64,000 bases of DNA from the NCBI GenBank assembly GCA_000708835.1, contig DF237203.1, positions 57,812 to 121,811 on the forward strand, given 5' to 3'. Source of the DNA: Klebsormidium nitens (lineage: Eukaryota; Plantae; Klebsormidiophyceae). The translations under genes were made by a program, and so were the position numbers. The notes beneath the pieces were generated by a model that saw nothing but the letters and a program-made list of their open reading frames with translations, was not told the DNA's origin and did not search any database. Shown piece after piece: positions 1 to 14,000 of this stretch. The number at the start of each line of letters is the position of its first letter. Within the stretch, counting starts at the first letter, position 1.

Positions 1-1783
1 TCTGGGCGGGCGCCGTCCCTGTGCCGAGATGGGCGCGCTGGGCCAGCAGCCGCTGGTGGGACGCGCTGCGCAACCCCGGGGTCAGTGCCGCACCAATCCT
101 GATCCCCAGTTCACAGGTGTCCAGTTTTCCGTGGTTACGGGTTGGTCGAGGTGGCAGCTCCGCATTCATCGTCATGCATATGGAGAACACCTTTGAGAAA
201 CGACCAGATCCGAGCTCGGTATATGCCGAGTAGTCGAAACTGGCCGAAACTCCCTTTATTTTTCCGCTGTTCAAAGCGGCGTATCTGTAACTTCCGGACG
301 CAGCCGACGAAGGCGGTCTTTCGGAACTCCGCCCGATTCTGCACGTAAGTTGGGCAGAACGCTGAGGGCTTCGACGGGTGCGGGGGTCAGAAAGAATTTT
401 GGCAGCTCCGAGACTTCAGCTTGTCTCAGAAGAACCGCGGCGTTTGTCATCCACGCTTGACTTGCTATGTGGGATAAGTTGACCTCTTCGAAGATGGTTA
501 CATCGCAATTTTACAGGCGCCGTTTGTGGCAGAACTTCGCTTTGGAGGATGGTCGGCGAGCACGTACATCCATGGTCAGTGGCCCCTTCAGCTTCCGTTT
601 TGCAAGGCCGTTTCACCACCTCCATGCCCGGCCCAAAACCTCCCGCTCTTTCTCTGTGCGCGCAGACGATCCGCGCGCTGCTGGCCCAGGTGTACTGCAA
701 CCGCGAGCGCCTCTCCGACGAGCTAGTGGCGCAGATTGTGGAGCCGACGTCGCACCCCGCGGCCGCATCCGCGTTTGCGTCCATCATCTTCGCCCCAAAG
801 CCCGAGAACAGCTTCAATGAGGGCCTGCACAAGCTGCGGGCACACGGCGTCCCGCTCTGCCTCATGTACGGTGAGGCGACGCTCAGCGGCGCCTCTGCCG
901 TCCTTTGCACCTTCTGTCGATTTCGATGAAGATTGATAGCAGAGAAAGAGTTCTTCTACTATCAACCGTGCGTGGTTGTTTTGGCCTCGTTCGTCAGGGC
1001 TTCGGGATATTGATTCCGACGATGACTTGCCTCCTTTTCCCCACAAGTTTTCGGGGTCTTTGGGCGCTAAAGGGCTCGTAGGAACACGCACTTTTGATGC
1101 ACCCTCGATTTGTACAGGTCGTGAAGACCCGTGGGTCCGGCCGGTTTGGGGGCAGCAGGCGAAGCGGATAGTGCCAAACGCTCCTTACTTTGAGATCAGC
1201 CCCGCTGGACACTGTGAGTCGCACTGCAGTCGCCGTCCCTCGTTCACTTGACTTCACTTCATGCTGATGCTGTCCAATCGACGACAGGATTTCAACGAAT
1301 GACGTCCGCACACTGCTCGGTTGCAGAATACAATGTCCTCACTCGCAGGGGCTTGTGCTGAGCATGCGCCTCCAAGTGGCGTCACCAGATACACCTACTT
1401 CAGTTGGTATTGGGCATCGTTACGCTCGCTTCTTCTCGCTGCAATTGGTACATGCTCGTTCTTGGGGCATCGCCGGTGTCAGTCGGCTCTCAAGCTGATG
1501 TTTGTATGTGCAACCGGCTGCCAGCACACCATTTGCTGACGGGTGCTTAATCTCGACAGGTCCTCATCACGAAGCCTATGAAGTGTTCAACATCCTAGTT
1601 CGGAAGTGGATTGCGCATCATGAGACAGATGGAGAAGAACCCTTGCCCGAGCGACTAGACGCTGTCGAGATTGGATTGGCTAATGAGTTGGTGTGCGCGG
1701 AGCTTGTCAGCGGCGAGCCGAGGAACGCCTTCGAGAGAATTGCAAGCGGCGTTCTGGGGGGACGGCCGAGAGAGTCGGGTTAG
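1..1783 (+). CDS. PPH: Pheophytinase (pheophytin pheophorbide hydrolase, alpha/beta hydrolase), 5'-truncated by the window edge
   Basis: Phase-consistent GT-AG exons ~1-80, 666-870, 1118-1213, 1560-1783 give WAGAVPVPRW..DALRNPG / TIRALLAQVY..HPAAASAFASIIFAP..LCLMYG / REDPWVRPVWG..APYFEISPAGHC / PHHEAYEVFNILVRKWI..*. This closely matches my recollection of the C-terminal half of plant PPH (HPAAAASFASI, LMYGREDPWVRP, YYEISPAGHCPHDE). Confidence 0.9.
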
Positions 1784-2755
1784 ATAAGCACCCAGTGCAT
1801 GTTGGAGTGTTATTCGTCGAGTCGAAGCAGGTTGCGGTGATATGCATAAGCAGGCTAGACAAATGCGAACGTTGCGAGTTGCTTCAGCATGTGTTGCGAA
1901 GTGACCACATCAAAGTAGACAGTGTAGCTGTACATAAGAGCATGCCTTTGAAATTTGGACGGCTTCAAGTCAATTAGCACACACCAGAGTCAAGCAGACT
2001 CATGTGTATTGCAGATAGCCTGGCAGCTGATGCAATCAGAGTTCGTCTATAGGCATGTGGATCAGAAATAAAGTTTATGCATCTCGCGGATCCATGCTCA
2101 GTAAATCATGACGTGTATGATTGATTCGACCAGGTCACGCGTCCTAGCTTCAGCTTTTTTGCCGTCCAGCTAGGCAGCTGCATGCCGACTAGTGGACACC
2201 CATGGGTGCAGTGCGCTGTGTTATGCATGTGAACTTGCAATGATTCATATGCATGCTAGCTCTCCAATAAATAAAAGGATGCTACAGGTACTTTTTCAAT
2301 TTCAGAAACGATCCACATATACCTCTACATGCGCGTTATAAACATCATGCACATATGCGCGCAGTATATGATAATTGAGCTATAAGGCTGGTGTACATGT
2401 TGCACTCCTGGTTCGATCTCAGATATGTCAAAGTCCGCGGCGGCGGCCCTGGCGAATAAATTCAAAAAATGTCGCATGAATACCGTACATTTCTCTGATG
2501 CATTGCATCAACACTGACAGCATACGGCATACCAAATGCCATGCAAGTGGTCTGGCATGCGCCAAACATGACAGAAGTCCTTCCCATGACGTACCTTGTC
2601 GGAGGATCGGAAACAGCCAATGCATGGAGTTGGGCTCAAGCCGCTGATATCATCAGGCTTTCCAGATTGACCCGCGTGCAAATCAGCTTTACTTACATGT
2701 AAACATTCAATATACATGTGGAATAAGGATCTTCAAACACTGGTACTGTGAGCTG

Positions 2756-5700
2756 CTACGTCCGCATGCCACCTGGGTTCCGCCAAGCTGGCAAATCCTG
2801 CTGGACCGCCTTTGAACCCTCTTCAAGCCCTTCTTCTTCCATCCCGTACTCTTCTCCGTAGTATCTATCTACAAGGCTGTTGGCCATGTTTCTAAGCTCG
2901 TCGTTTCCGTGATACTGCAGCGACTCGAGCGCGTCTATCCCGTCCGCTTCTTCGACTAGCTTCACGCCTCTCCCGTTTGGCAGCGCCCGCAAAACGACTT
3001 CTGCGAACTGGACGCCGAGACGCGCGGCCTCCTGGTCCGGGGACCTCACGAGGGCCAGGAAGCCGGGCAAGCAACCGGCCCGCACCACGGCCTCCAGATG
3101 ACTCAGCACTACTGCGCCACCACCTGCGCAGAACGAATAAGCCAGGCGGCTAAGCAACGACGCGCTTTGTGTGGTTTTCAACGGTGAAGGAGGACCGTGA
3201 ACTGGTGCCCCACGGTATCCAAGACGGAGACACTGCGGGGCTGAATTGTGCAGGGGGTGGCGCCGGAATCGTAGCTGCACTCCAGAAAAACAAGGGTCTC
3301 GTGAACGAGGTAGCAACAGAGTTGGCTCCAAACGCCTCGAGGACCATGATTGCGTCTGGGGTCGCCCTAGCCTGTGGGGGTCAGTCAGCCCGAATCGCAC
3401 ACTTGAAGCGTTTGCCTGTGACCGCCAGATCGATTGATGCGCCCCATTGCTACGAGTCCGGCTTTTGCTGTAAGAGCCAATTTGGTCCGGCGGCTCGGCC
3501 GTTCACCTCCAGGAGCAGCACACATGTTTGCGAGCGCAAAGCCCGCCTCCTTCTTGACGTCGAAGGCGGCCTCCTGCAGCAGGCGCGCGGCGGCCGCGAT
3601 GACGTCAGGAGTGGCGACGGCCTGCTTGTGCTGCAGCGTGCCCCCCGCGATGTTGGCCACCGCCCACGCGGCCTCCTTCTGCAGCGTGCGCTCGCCGCTC
3701 TGCAAGCACCGGCACAGCGCGGCCACGACCGAACCTGGCAAACGAAAGAAGGGAGTGTCATTGCGATCCGCGGGTACAGATCGCTGTTTGGGATGCACTC
3801 CAAACAGCAGACGCGTTTATTGTAAGCGCACTTTGGTGGGACGAGAAGTTCCAGACCTGCAATGCTCCACGAAGGGGAGCCGTTCAGTTGCTGAAATGCG
3901 TGAGGCCTTTTCGTTCAATACCGGAGTGGCTTCGTTCCACTCGTCTTTAAGGGAAGCGAAGAATGTCTTTCTCTCAGGGAATTGGAGCGAAGAGCCACAC
4001 TTCCAAAAGTGCAGCGGTGCAGCGTTTAGGCATTTGGCCGCTCTTTCATCCTTGTCGGGCGGACGTTGTGCACGTCGAGGCAACTAAAACGGACTGAAAC
4101 ATTCTACTTTGAACCCCATATACTGGCACCCCCCTCTCCCCGCCCCTCACCTGCCCCCCCCGGCGCCGCGACAAACACGGCGTCCGTCTTGCTGTCCTGC
4201 CCACTGACCACGTTCCCCACCGCGCGCAGAACGGGAATCACCACGTGCTTCTCGGTGGCTGTCACCAGGTGCCGCACGAGCGGCGGCAGCGCGCCCAGCT
4301 TGATCAGCCGGTCGGCGTGCGCCTCGGGCCCCGCGGCCAGGTACGTCAGGATCCACGCGACCTCCGTAACTAGGGCGGGGCTGCCGCCATCCAAGCCCGC
4401 CACTAAAGCGTTGATGAGTGGGCCGTTCTTGATGGCCTCCGACGCGGCTTTCTGGCTGGGGCCCTGCGGGACAAGACGGGGAGGGTCAGAGCACATAGGG
4501 AGCGGACGATCACTGAAGCAGAGGGGCCCATGACTGGGACTGCATCACGGACAGATAATCGTATAGCAATGGACGACTTTCGCGCCCATTACAAGCCGCC
4601 TGCTGAAAGACAGCCGGAGTTGCCAACTCCTCTTACCAGGACGAAGGTGGTCAAAAGAAACAGAACTCCCTCCAGACCTAGTTCATCCAGACAGCCGAAC
4701 GATCCTAGAGCGACGTTCAAGAAGAAAAGTGTACACTTTAAACAGTCTTAGCCCACCTTCAGGAGATTTGAGAGTGCCCACGCGGCCGTCTGTTTAAGGG
4801 TTGACCCCGGTCGCTCTGTTTCCGCCACTCGCGCAGAGAGTGGCCCCAGCGCCCCATTGGCCAGCAGCACGTCCCGCAGCTCCTGGCCCTCCCCCGCAAG
4901 ATTGCCCAGCGCCCACGCAAACTGCTCCGCCACGTCGAGGGCCCGCCCTGGAAGCGACGGGCTTTCTCGTTAGCTGAACCTTGAGCAGAGTAATTATGTT
5001 CTAGAGGTCAATTTCGTAGCAAGACGTTTGGCCACTATCATCTATGACCTGTCACAAAACGACGACGTGGTGTGGGAACAGCTTCCAATACTGCTCGCCT
5101 CTAGCGCATATTGAAACAGAAACGAACGCGAATCGTTGGTTGCAGCTACAAATAAGCAAGCCTCTCTTCGACAAACATGAGGAGCGCCTTGAAACGGGCG
5201 CATTTCCAACTCTGAACCAGGCACGCTCGGCCTTAAACTAGAGAAATTTTCTCTTGTAAGGTCCAATTGTTTGTCATCCCTGGAGTAGGCGTGGAAATGT
5301 ATCACTGATGCGGGACAGGGTACGATTGACATGCAAGTACTCAACACTGCCCACGAGCCCCGATGTGCACCTTGCAGGTGAGCGATGAGGAGCGGAGCCG
5401 TTGGCAGCACGGCCGTGGCCTGGTCCGTGTCTCCACTGGCGATGTTGGTCAGGCACCAGGCCGCCTCCAGCAGCTGCTCCGGACCACTGACCCCAAACTG
5501 CAGCGCCTCCCCCAGGAGGGGAACAGCCCCGGCAGCCACTGCCACGTCCACCTGGGAAGAAGCGCAACCAGTCAGGGACAATGGGCGGAAACTAGACGTG
5601 AATTTAATGCCTGGCTACGTCGTTGCTTTAGAGGCCCCTGAGTGCGTTACATTTGATCTGCGCGATCTCAAAACCGGTGATACTGCTTCCTTCGGGCGTC

Positions 5701-7248
5701 TTCACATCGCCCCTCAAAGTTGGACGGGTCGTCCCGAATCTGCATAGGACGTCAGCTTTGTGTTTTCGGGAGGCCAGCAGTGAAGTCCTATCAAATGGCG
5801 GGAAAAATGTATCATGGAAAGGTCGGTAGAAGGGGAATGAGATCACGGCCGTGCTGACTCGTTTCCGATTGGCTTTGTTGCAAAGAATGAAACGGGAGAA
5901 GCCTTTGGAGGTCGAGAGAAGACGTCCTCTGATAAAAAGGACAGCCGCCTGGAAGGTTTGCAATCTGCCTTCCAGATGTCGAATGAAGAAACATGGTCCT
6001 CATATGTCGAGATTCATGAAGGGGGTCCTGTCGAAGAGGGTTCACTTCATGGTCGTGTGGCACCGGACCGACAGCAAATGTTCTTCACCGGACACAGAAG
6101 GACTTCAATATCATTATCTGTCTCATGAAGAGACGATTGTGAAACTGGGCAACTCAGGTGATACGGTTGTGCTAACATTAGGCCCCCGACCTTGGGGTCA
6201 GCACAGGAATGAACTCTGACTGTATGTGTAAAGTAGGCTGGCAATTCATCTCGAAATGCCCACAAGTGGATGTCCTGGATGAAAAGCAAGGCTTGACTTG
6301 AAACTGACTTTCGTTTGGAAACCAAATACCTGGGCGAAGACATTGTCCCGCTTTATTGGAGTAAAGGGAGTTCTCAGCAAGTTTCCTACAAAGCTTCACA
6401 TGGGGGACCATGCTCAATTGGTACTAATCATACTCTTAACTCGAGCACCTGGATCTGTGAACACTGGGTGGGCACCAATACAAAGAAGAGGGGGGGCTCA
6501 TTGGCCCACACACCCGTAGTGGCCTGTTTCAGAAGCAGCCTATTTGCAACTATCCTGGCAAAAGCCCTTTCATCACCTTTTCCTTCATCACACCACCAGA
6601 CTCTTGAAACAACAAGGAGCAAATTATGAAATCACATATGATTGATGCGATCCTGAGGCTGAAAGAAAGGCCTACTGCGCACCGGTGGATACTGCCCAAC
6701 CGACAGGAGTTTGCGCAGCTGGCGCAGCGCAACTAATGCGCCGTCCTTTCCCTTGGATGCCCGGAGGGCCTCCACTGCCTCCTTCACACTTGTGGCCAGC
6801 GCCGCTTCATCTGCCTGCTCCCCTTGCATCTCCCCTCGCGCCAGGCCATCATCCTGCAACCCCGAAGCATGTGATGAGGAGGGCAACCAGCAACGGGGCG
6901 TCACGATGGGCGCACCACTCTAAGAATGACCAGAACCACCACCCCAAAGTCAGCTTTGCATATTCTCTTTCTGGTTACTTATGTGCCTGAAAGGGCCAAC
7001 TTAATGGTGAGAACCTTATGAGAATTGTCAACATGCTCCAGCAGGAACTCTCAGATTCCATCTTGTCCTCACATTCTCACCATGTCTCTCCGGATTCTCT
7101 TTGCACGGACCATGGCCTCCCTCCTGTCCTTCCCAACTGTCACCGCTTGCTGCTTTCTGCGATCTCCAGCTTTAGCCCCGGTGGTGGCAGCAAAGTTCTT
7201 GAACTGCTCTCTGCGACTGGCCAAAGCCCTTTGCCCCGCTGAATCCAT
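2756..7248 (-). CDS. IMPA9: Importin subunit alpha, IMPA-9 type (ARM repeats, IBB domain)
   Basis: ATG at 7248 (MDSAGQRALASRREQFK..RRKQQAVTVGKDRREAMVRAKR = IBB). Later exons contain ALRQLRKLLS, LLEAAWCLTNIASG, AEQFAWALGNLAGEG, TAAWALSNLLKG, KEAAWAVANIAGG, GFLALVRSPDQEAARLGVQFAEVVLRALPNG and LRNMANSLVDRYYGEEYG. About 7 exons; stop at 2756-2758. Confidence 0.92.
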
Positions 7249-8006
7249 GTCCCAAATGCCGAAGTTTGCCCGCTTCCAGCTTAGAAGATTGCCCCAGCCC
7301 GAAGTCACGGAACGCCTTGCTGAAAAAGTTGAAACGCTTGTCCAAGTAATCAATTTTGATCCGCAGGAGCATGAGCAGATGCTTCATTTAATACTGCCAC
7401 CTTCTGAGGCTTCTCTACCGTGCGAAGTCTCTGCATTCTATCAGCTCTGCGTTGGATCAATTTTGCAAGCGCTTCGTGCCCCATTGATTCCCCCCGCTAA
7501 AGTGGGGTAGCTAGCCTACGGTCGTATCCCCCTTTTCTGTATCGCTTATGTATTGGTCGCATGCAGTTCCCGAAACCGGTTACGGTCCTGGTTCGTGACC
7601 GGGTTCCCACAGGTTCCACCTGGTTGCGAGCTAGCAGCGTCACCGCACGTTGATTCGGTTGAACCGGTAACATCTTTTTTACGACGGACGTCGTACCGAC
7701 AGGAGTATCGTACCTAGATATGAAACCATTAAATTCTGATTTTGTAGGTAGTCCAATCACCCTGTAAGCCAACATGTGGCCCAGGCAAAGCCTTGCAGTT
7801 TTAGAGGGAGCAAACTTCCGAGTCGACCCTGACATAATAGCAACAGATCTAGACGCCTGGTGGCAGTAAGTTGGTGGTGCTGCTTGCCTCCTGGAAAAGC
7901 AAGGTTTGTACAGGCAGCAGGCTTCTCCTGCGAGGACCTCAAACCTTTCTGCTGCATTGACTTGATTCAAAAGCAAGGGGCGCTCTGAGCAAAGCAGGTG
8001 CTTACA
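7249..8006. promoter_or_regulatory. Putative bidirectional promoter region (IMPA9 / CysRS head-to-head)
   Basis: ~760 bp between divergent start codons, with a CpG-rich core at ~7500-7720. Inferred from gene geometry only. Confidence 0.5.
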
Positions 8007-11000
8007 ATGGCTGAGCCTGTGGCGAATGGGGAACTGCCACGGTGGACGAAGCTGGCAGGGATGGAACTTTCCAAACCAAGAGTCAACAACAGCCTGACGA
8101 ATGAGAAGACAGTACTTGAGGGCAGCGGGCCTAAAGGACGGCGGCGTAAGACCAGATGTTTTTCCTTTTCTCTGAACTTTCCAAGGACCGCCTTCACACC
8201 ACCAAAACTGCTTCTCTGTGTTGATTGGATTGTATAGCTGTTGGTGGTTTGTGCTTGCAGTTTGCGGACGGTGCAGACAAACGGTTGGGTGTATAGCGTC
8301 ATCCACAACACTCCCTGCAAGTATTCCCGTTAATCTCATCACAGCTGTTGATGACTTGCACGTGATATGCAGTGACATGGTACAACTGCGGCCCCACCGT
8401 CTATGATGCTGCTCATGTGGGGCACGCACGGAACTACCTTACTTTCGACATCATCCGACGAATTCTGGAGGTAGGCATAACAATGGCGCTGAGAAGACTG
8501 AAAAAAAGCTGGTGAATTGAAGCCAGTGGTCATCTCTTTTTCATTGTTGAAGCTATGCGGTTCACCTTTGAGAAGCTTCCATTCTGGTAGTTGCTCCCCC
8601 TACTCCGTTAAGCATCTAAACTTGTTCATTGATGTTTGATGGTGGTGGTTTCTGGCAGGACTACTTTGGCTACAGCATCTTCTACGTCATGAATGTTACT
8701 GATGTGGACGACAAAATTATCCTGAAAGCACGACAGAACTTCCTGGTCGAAGAGTACAAGGCAACAGCTAAAGACCCCAATCAAGTAAGTGCAGAATTGG
8801 CAGCTGGTTGTGAAAGCCCCTGACATTGCAAGACGCAGTCAGTGATTCTAGGTCCTGCCTTTGTAGCATGTTGCAACGCTCGCAAGTCTTGGTTTTCGGC
8901 GTGGGATGAGATGTAAGGATTGATAGGTGGAATCAATTGATTGACTTCCTGGCCCATGCAGGTTCTGGAATGCATCCGGGAAGCTTTGAAGACAATCATT
9001 CCCAAGCAGGAAAGCAAGGTAGGAAGCAGGACCGTCTGGAAGCTTGAAATAAGCTCATGAACTCGTGCGAGGTGTCTGTACTGTTCCAAGCATATTCTGT
9101 GGCCGATTTGGCTGTCACTGGCATGGTTGTTGACTGCCAGAAGCATCGTGCTTATCTGATCGACATGACAAAGCTCCTGGTGGCATGCAGGTCCGAGAAC
9201 TATCAAAGAAAATAGACCTGTTGACACGGACCACGCCGAGTGCGCCTCCGATTGACGAGCCTCACATAGAAAAGGTGAGTGGAAGTGCGCTGGCTGGCCT
9301 TCAATCCCTGGCTTCGTAATATAATTCCTGTGTTCGATTTTGCGAGCGAGCCATCACTGGTGCAACTCCCTTCTGCAAACATACGGTGCTTGCGCGGGAT
9401 TGCATGACTGATGAAGTCCTGATCCTGGGTGCAGGTCGGCCCCGGCGAGTGTGAAGAGCCGACAAAAGTTCCATCCACATCTTCTGTTGCAAAGCAGCTG
9501 AAGGAGCTAGAGACAGTAAGCTGTCCGCGTTTCTCATCTAATACATACAAGTTCTTGAAAAAGCAACAGCGTCGTTTTCCGATCAGTCGGCATGCTAGTG
9601 CTTTGCATAGTACAGAGCTCACTGTCACGAAACGGCTTGACAATGCAAAGATCGATCTTCTCTAATCGTCCTTGTCCTCAAGCAATCGTTGACTTCCAGA
9701 GTGAGACGTCAGACAAGTATTTTTGATTTTGCCTCAGGCCGTGACACAAGAGGAGTTGAAGTTGTCGAACCATATCAAGTTGCGGGAAAAGGTAGAGGGT
9801 GCGGCAGAGGCGGCTCTTGCAGATGGGGCAGAGGGTGCAGCGCGGCTGATCGATGTTGGGCGAGACGCGCTGGCACTGGCACTGGATGCTGCCATAGGGA
9901 TAAACGTGCAGGACCAGATGATCTTCCGGAGTCACGCGGCCAAGTGAGTTGGAGCCCTTTCAGTTCATGGCTTTCTCGAAGAATTCGCGATGCTGTCGGC
10001 CTTCCTTCACAAGCTTGAAGGGCCCATTGTCTGATGACCTGCTTTCAGGATGCGGGTTGAGTATACTTGAGCTTTGGTCTTATTGAAGGCTGACTCTAAT
10101 GTCGCTCCCTCTCAGGTACGAGGCAGAGTTCTTTGAGGACATGGAGAGGTTGGGGTGGCGGAAGCCGAGAGTCGTGACCAGAGTCACAGAGTGAGGGTTC
10201 CAAGTCTTAACCGGAACGTACGATAGAGTTGTCAGGTTTCTCATGCATACTATACCCCGTTCTTGTCATTTCGATCGTAGGGGTGTCCTTCGAGGACAAG
10301 CGTGACAAAGGGACCTACAATTGCTGAACGGGTCTGTGGGGGCAAGCACAGTAAAAGCTCAGCTCAAGTTGAGGCTTAATGTTGGATGAATCATTCGGCA
10401 CACGTTTCTTTGGACATTTAGGAACAATCTGTGAAACTCGCATGTCTGACCTGAGGGCACCGGATTGGTATTTCGCAGTTACATGAGCGAGGTAGTTGCC
10501 TACGTTGCCAAGATCGTGGACCGAGGATTGGCTTACGAGGCGAATGGGAGCATATATTTTGACACGGTGGCCTTTAGAGAAGCGGGCCACCGATATGGCA
10601 AGCTGTGCCCCTGGGCGGTGGGGACCGCTGAGCTGGCGGCGGAGAGTGAGGCCAACTTCGCCACCAGCGAGAAGAAGAGCCCTAACGACTTCGCACTCTG
10701 GAAGGTGAGGCCGAAGGAGCACCGGGCATTCCAAGAGTCCCTTAGGAATGTGCAGTTGTGCGAGAGGCCAGGATGAAGTTCAGAAGAGTTTTCTGGAGAG
10801 TCGTTATTCTGCTTTAACGCGGAATAAGCGTGCGCAGAGGGAGGTTCTTGGCGATGACGCGATGTATCTGTTCGAAATGTTCGTTCTTCATAGCTGAAGG
10901 GGAAAAGCTGGCAATCTCGCTGGAAAACACGTTCTCAACAAGAAAAAGGTCTATCGGGACCCCTCGATCGTCCGCCTTTGACGATCCGCAATGGCCCTTG

Positions 11001-14000
11001 CAGGCCAGCAAAGGCGGGGAGCCTTTCTGGCCGTCTCCGTGGGGCCAGGGTCGGCCGGGGTGGCACATCGAGTGCTCGGCGATGGCCAGCGACGTGATCG
11101 GGGACACGGTGGACATCCACACGGGGGGCTTCGACCTCAAGTTCCCGCACCACGAGAACGAGCTGGCGCAGGCGGAGGCGCACTTCGGGTGCCATCAGTG
11201 GGTCAACTACTTCCTGCACTCGGGGCACCTGCACATCGAGGGCCTCAAGATGTCCAAGTCGCTCAAGAACTTCGTCACCATCCGCAAGGTGAGGCATCTT
11301 GTGAACGCCCACGAGGCAGCTCGGACTAAGGATAAGCACATCAATCTTATTGGGACGTGCTCTTCGTTTGGCTCAGTGCTGTCCTTGTTTGACTTTCTTT
11401 CTAGGCTCTTGTCATGTAACCTCAGAGCTCAGTCCCGGTTTAGGTCGTGCTCATCGTAGCCTTCGTCCCCGTTCTCTTCCGCAAGGTCGTTCTTCTCGTC
11501 GTCGCCCTCCAGAATCAATTTCCCGTTGTGCTGCAGGCCCTGGAGCAGTATAGTGCGCGGCAGCTGCGGTTGCTGTTCGTGCTGTCGCAGTGGGACAAGC
11601 CGATGAACTACGGGGACGACGCCATGCGTGACGCGCTGTCCAAGGAGCGGGACCTCCGGACCTTCTTCCAGAACGTGCAAGTCGCACTGCGGGAGGTGCC
11701 CCCGCCCGCCGAGGCGGACCAGCGCTGGGGCGCCGACGAGAAGGAGATGCAGACAAGCATCGAGGAGGCAGAAGACGAGGTGAGGAGGGTGCAGGGTTGT
11801 GCGATTGGGCCATTTTACAAACACGCATGGACAAAGAGTCGGCGGTTGAGCATTCACGCCCTTCGGCCTTGACGAAGGCAGTGCTCATTAAGATAAGGTG
11901 CTTGTGAACGGTGCCTCATCGTAAGCTTCTCGTAACCATGTACTGATAGAATGAGAGCCAGCTTCGTCTGGGCTTCCTTCAACGAAAGAATTCAGCAACA
12001 CGGCCAACTGTTTCAAATGCCTACACGATTCGTCGTACGTCTGACAGATCGGCCGTAATCGATGCAGGTGAGGGCGAGGTTGGAGGACAACTTCGATACG
12101 CCGGGGGCGATGAGTGCGCTGGACAAGCTCATGTCCGCTGTGAATAAGTACCTCAGAAAAGCGCAGCCAGGAAAAGTGCGTGCATTCCTACTCAAAGACG
12201 CAGCGCTGCTGGTCGAGCGGATACTCTACGTGTTTGGTGAGAAGTGTTCTCTCTCTGAGATTTCAACTCTGTTCTTGAGAAGTGCTGTTGCTCAAGTTCC
12301 TAACCGCTTTCTCTGACACGTTTCTACCAACGTGAAGCTTGAAGAAACTCGTTGTTGTGGGGAAACGTTGGAGCGACTTCACGATGGTCCTTTAATAGAA
12401 GGCTTTGAAAACTTTCTCGTCGGTGCTGGTCTGGTCTTTTCAGAGTCACCAATCAAGAATCAATCGTCCGTACAGAGTGCAAGGGGCCATTGAAAGTATT
12501 CCCTGCGTGTTAGCCTATACTGCTCGTGCGCTTATGAGCCACTTGCTGAGCGCTTGCGTGCTTGTTGCAGGCCTGACCACGGATCAAGAATCGTTGAGCC
12601 TAGATTCAGAGGCGGCCGGCGCAGGCGCCTCAAAAGAGCAGCTCCTGGAACCGTACCTCAACGCGTTTGCGGCCTTCAGGGACGACATCAGAAGCGCGGC
12701 CAGGGAGGGCAAGTCGAAGGTGAACGCCGTTTGGCACTGTCACTCATCTTTTCACGCGACGAACAGCGGGTCTAGCTGGTTGCAAGAGCAAAGAAATCGG
12801 CGATGGTCGCCTTATTCCTTGCCAGAGCTCGAACGAAGTCAGCAACTGTTGGGGCGTTGCGTGCCTCAGCCCTTTTCGACCTTCCAACCAAGCTCCTTAT
12901 GCAAGGCGGAGATGGAAGGAAGTAAAGCCCTTAGGTAAAGTAAAGCCACGCATCGCGTACCTGTTTCCCTGACTGGGATGCGGGGATGAGCATTCTTGTT
13001 GCCTGGTGCAGGAGACAATCTTGCAAGCTTGCGACCAGGTCCGAGACGAGACAATGGTGGACCTGGGGGTGCGGCTCGAGGTAGGTTACACTCTACGACC
13101 GCAGCAGTCGACCTCGAGTGGGCGGGGCTGGTGCGGTGTTCCTTTTTTGCAAGATGCCCCATGATTTGCTTGCCCGCCGTTTGCAAAAGGCCTTGTTTAC
13201 GTACTCAAACTTTGCCATCCGAAGTGTCTCAAATCGCGGCTGTGTGGGCTGCTTGTTCTTCGGAACCCGTAATTACTGCAATCAACCTCTACTTGCACGT
13301 CAATTACTCGCCGTTGAATCTACGGAGTCGTGTGCTGTGCCCAGGACCGTGTGGATGCGCCCTCGGTGTGGAAACTGGACGACCCCGAGACGATGCGAAA
13401 AGAGCGGGACGCTAAGAAGGAGGCGGCCGACGCCGCGGCCAAGCAAAAGTTGGAACGGAAGCGAGACAGCAAGGTAACTACCCTCCTTCGAGAGAGGGAG
13501 GTTGTTGTACCTTGCGAGTGTGCACTGCTTCAGTCCACCCCTCTTTGGGGTCGACACATGGAGGTCAACTCCGCAACTTCTTCGTATTTGGGGCCCTGGT
13601 AGCGATCGGCCCCATCGCCAGCGGGGAAGAAGCACGAACAATCATGTGTGCGGCCCTGCTTGCTGATTGATTGTAAACTCCCTTGGGGAGAAGCACGAGC
13701 AGTCCGAAGGTGCTGCGACCTGGATGCGTGCTGACGTGTTCAATTCCGTGGCTGCAGAAAAAAGACATCGAGAAATGGACGAAGGCGTCCGTACCACCCG
13801 AGGGGCTGTTCCGGAACGCCAGGGATGCGCAAGGCCAGCCCAAGTACAGTGCGTTCAACGACGAGGGGGTGCCAACGCATGATGCCGCGGGCAAGGAGCT
13901 CAGCACAAGTGCACGGAAGGTAAGCACAGCCTGATTGCTTGTCGAGGAGCCGGCAGTTGCTCTGGGCCCTTTCTTCTCGTTCGAAGGTCAAGGCCTTCTT

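Noticed and set aside
7497-8429. 310-aa minus-strand ORF across the IMPA9/CysRS promoter
   Set aside because: It overlaps CysRS exons 1-2 antisense, has no domain-like content, and is best explained by chance.
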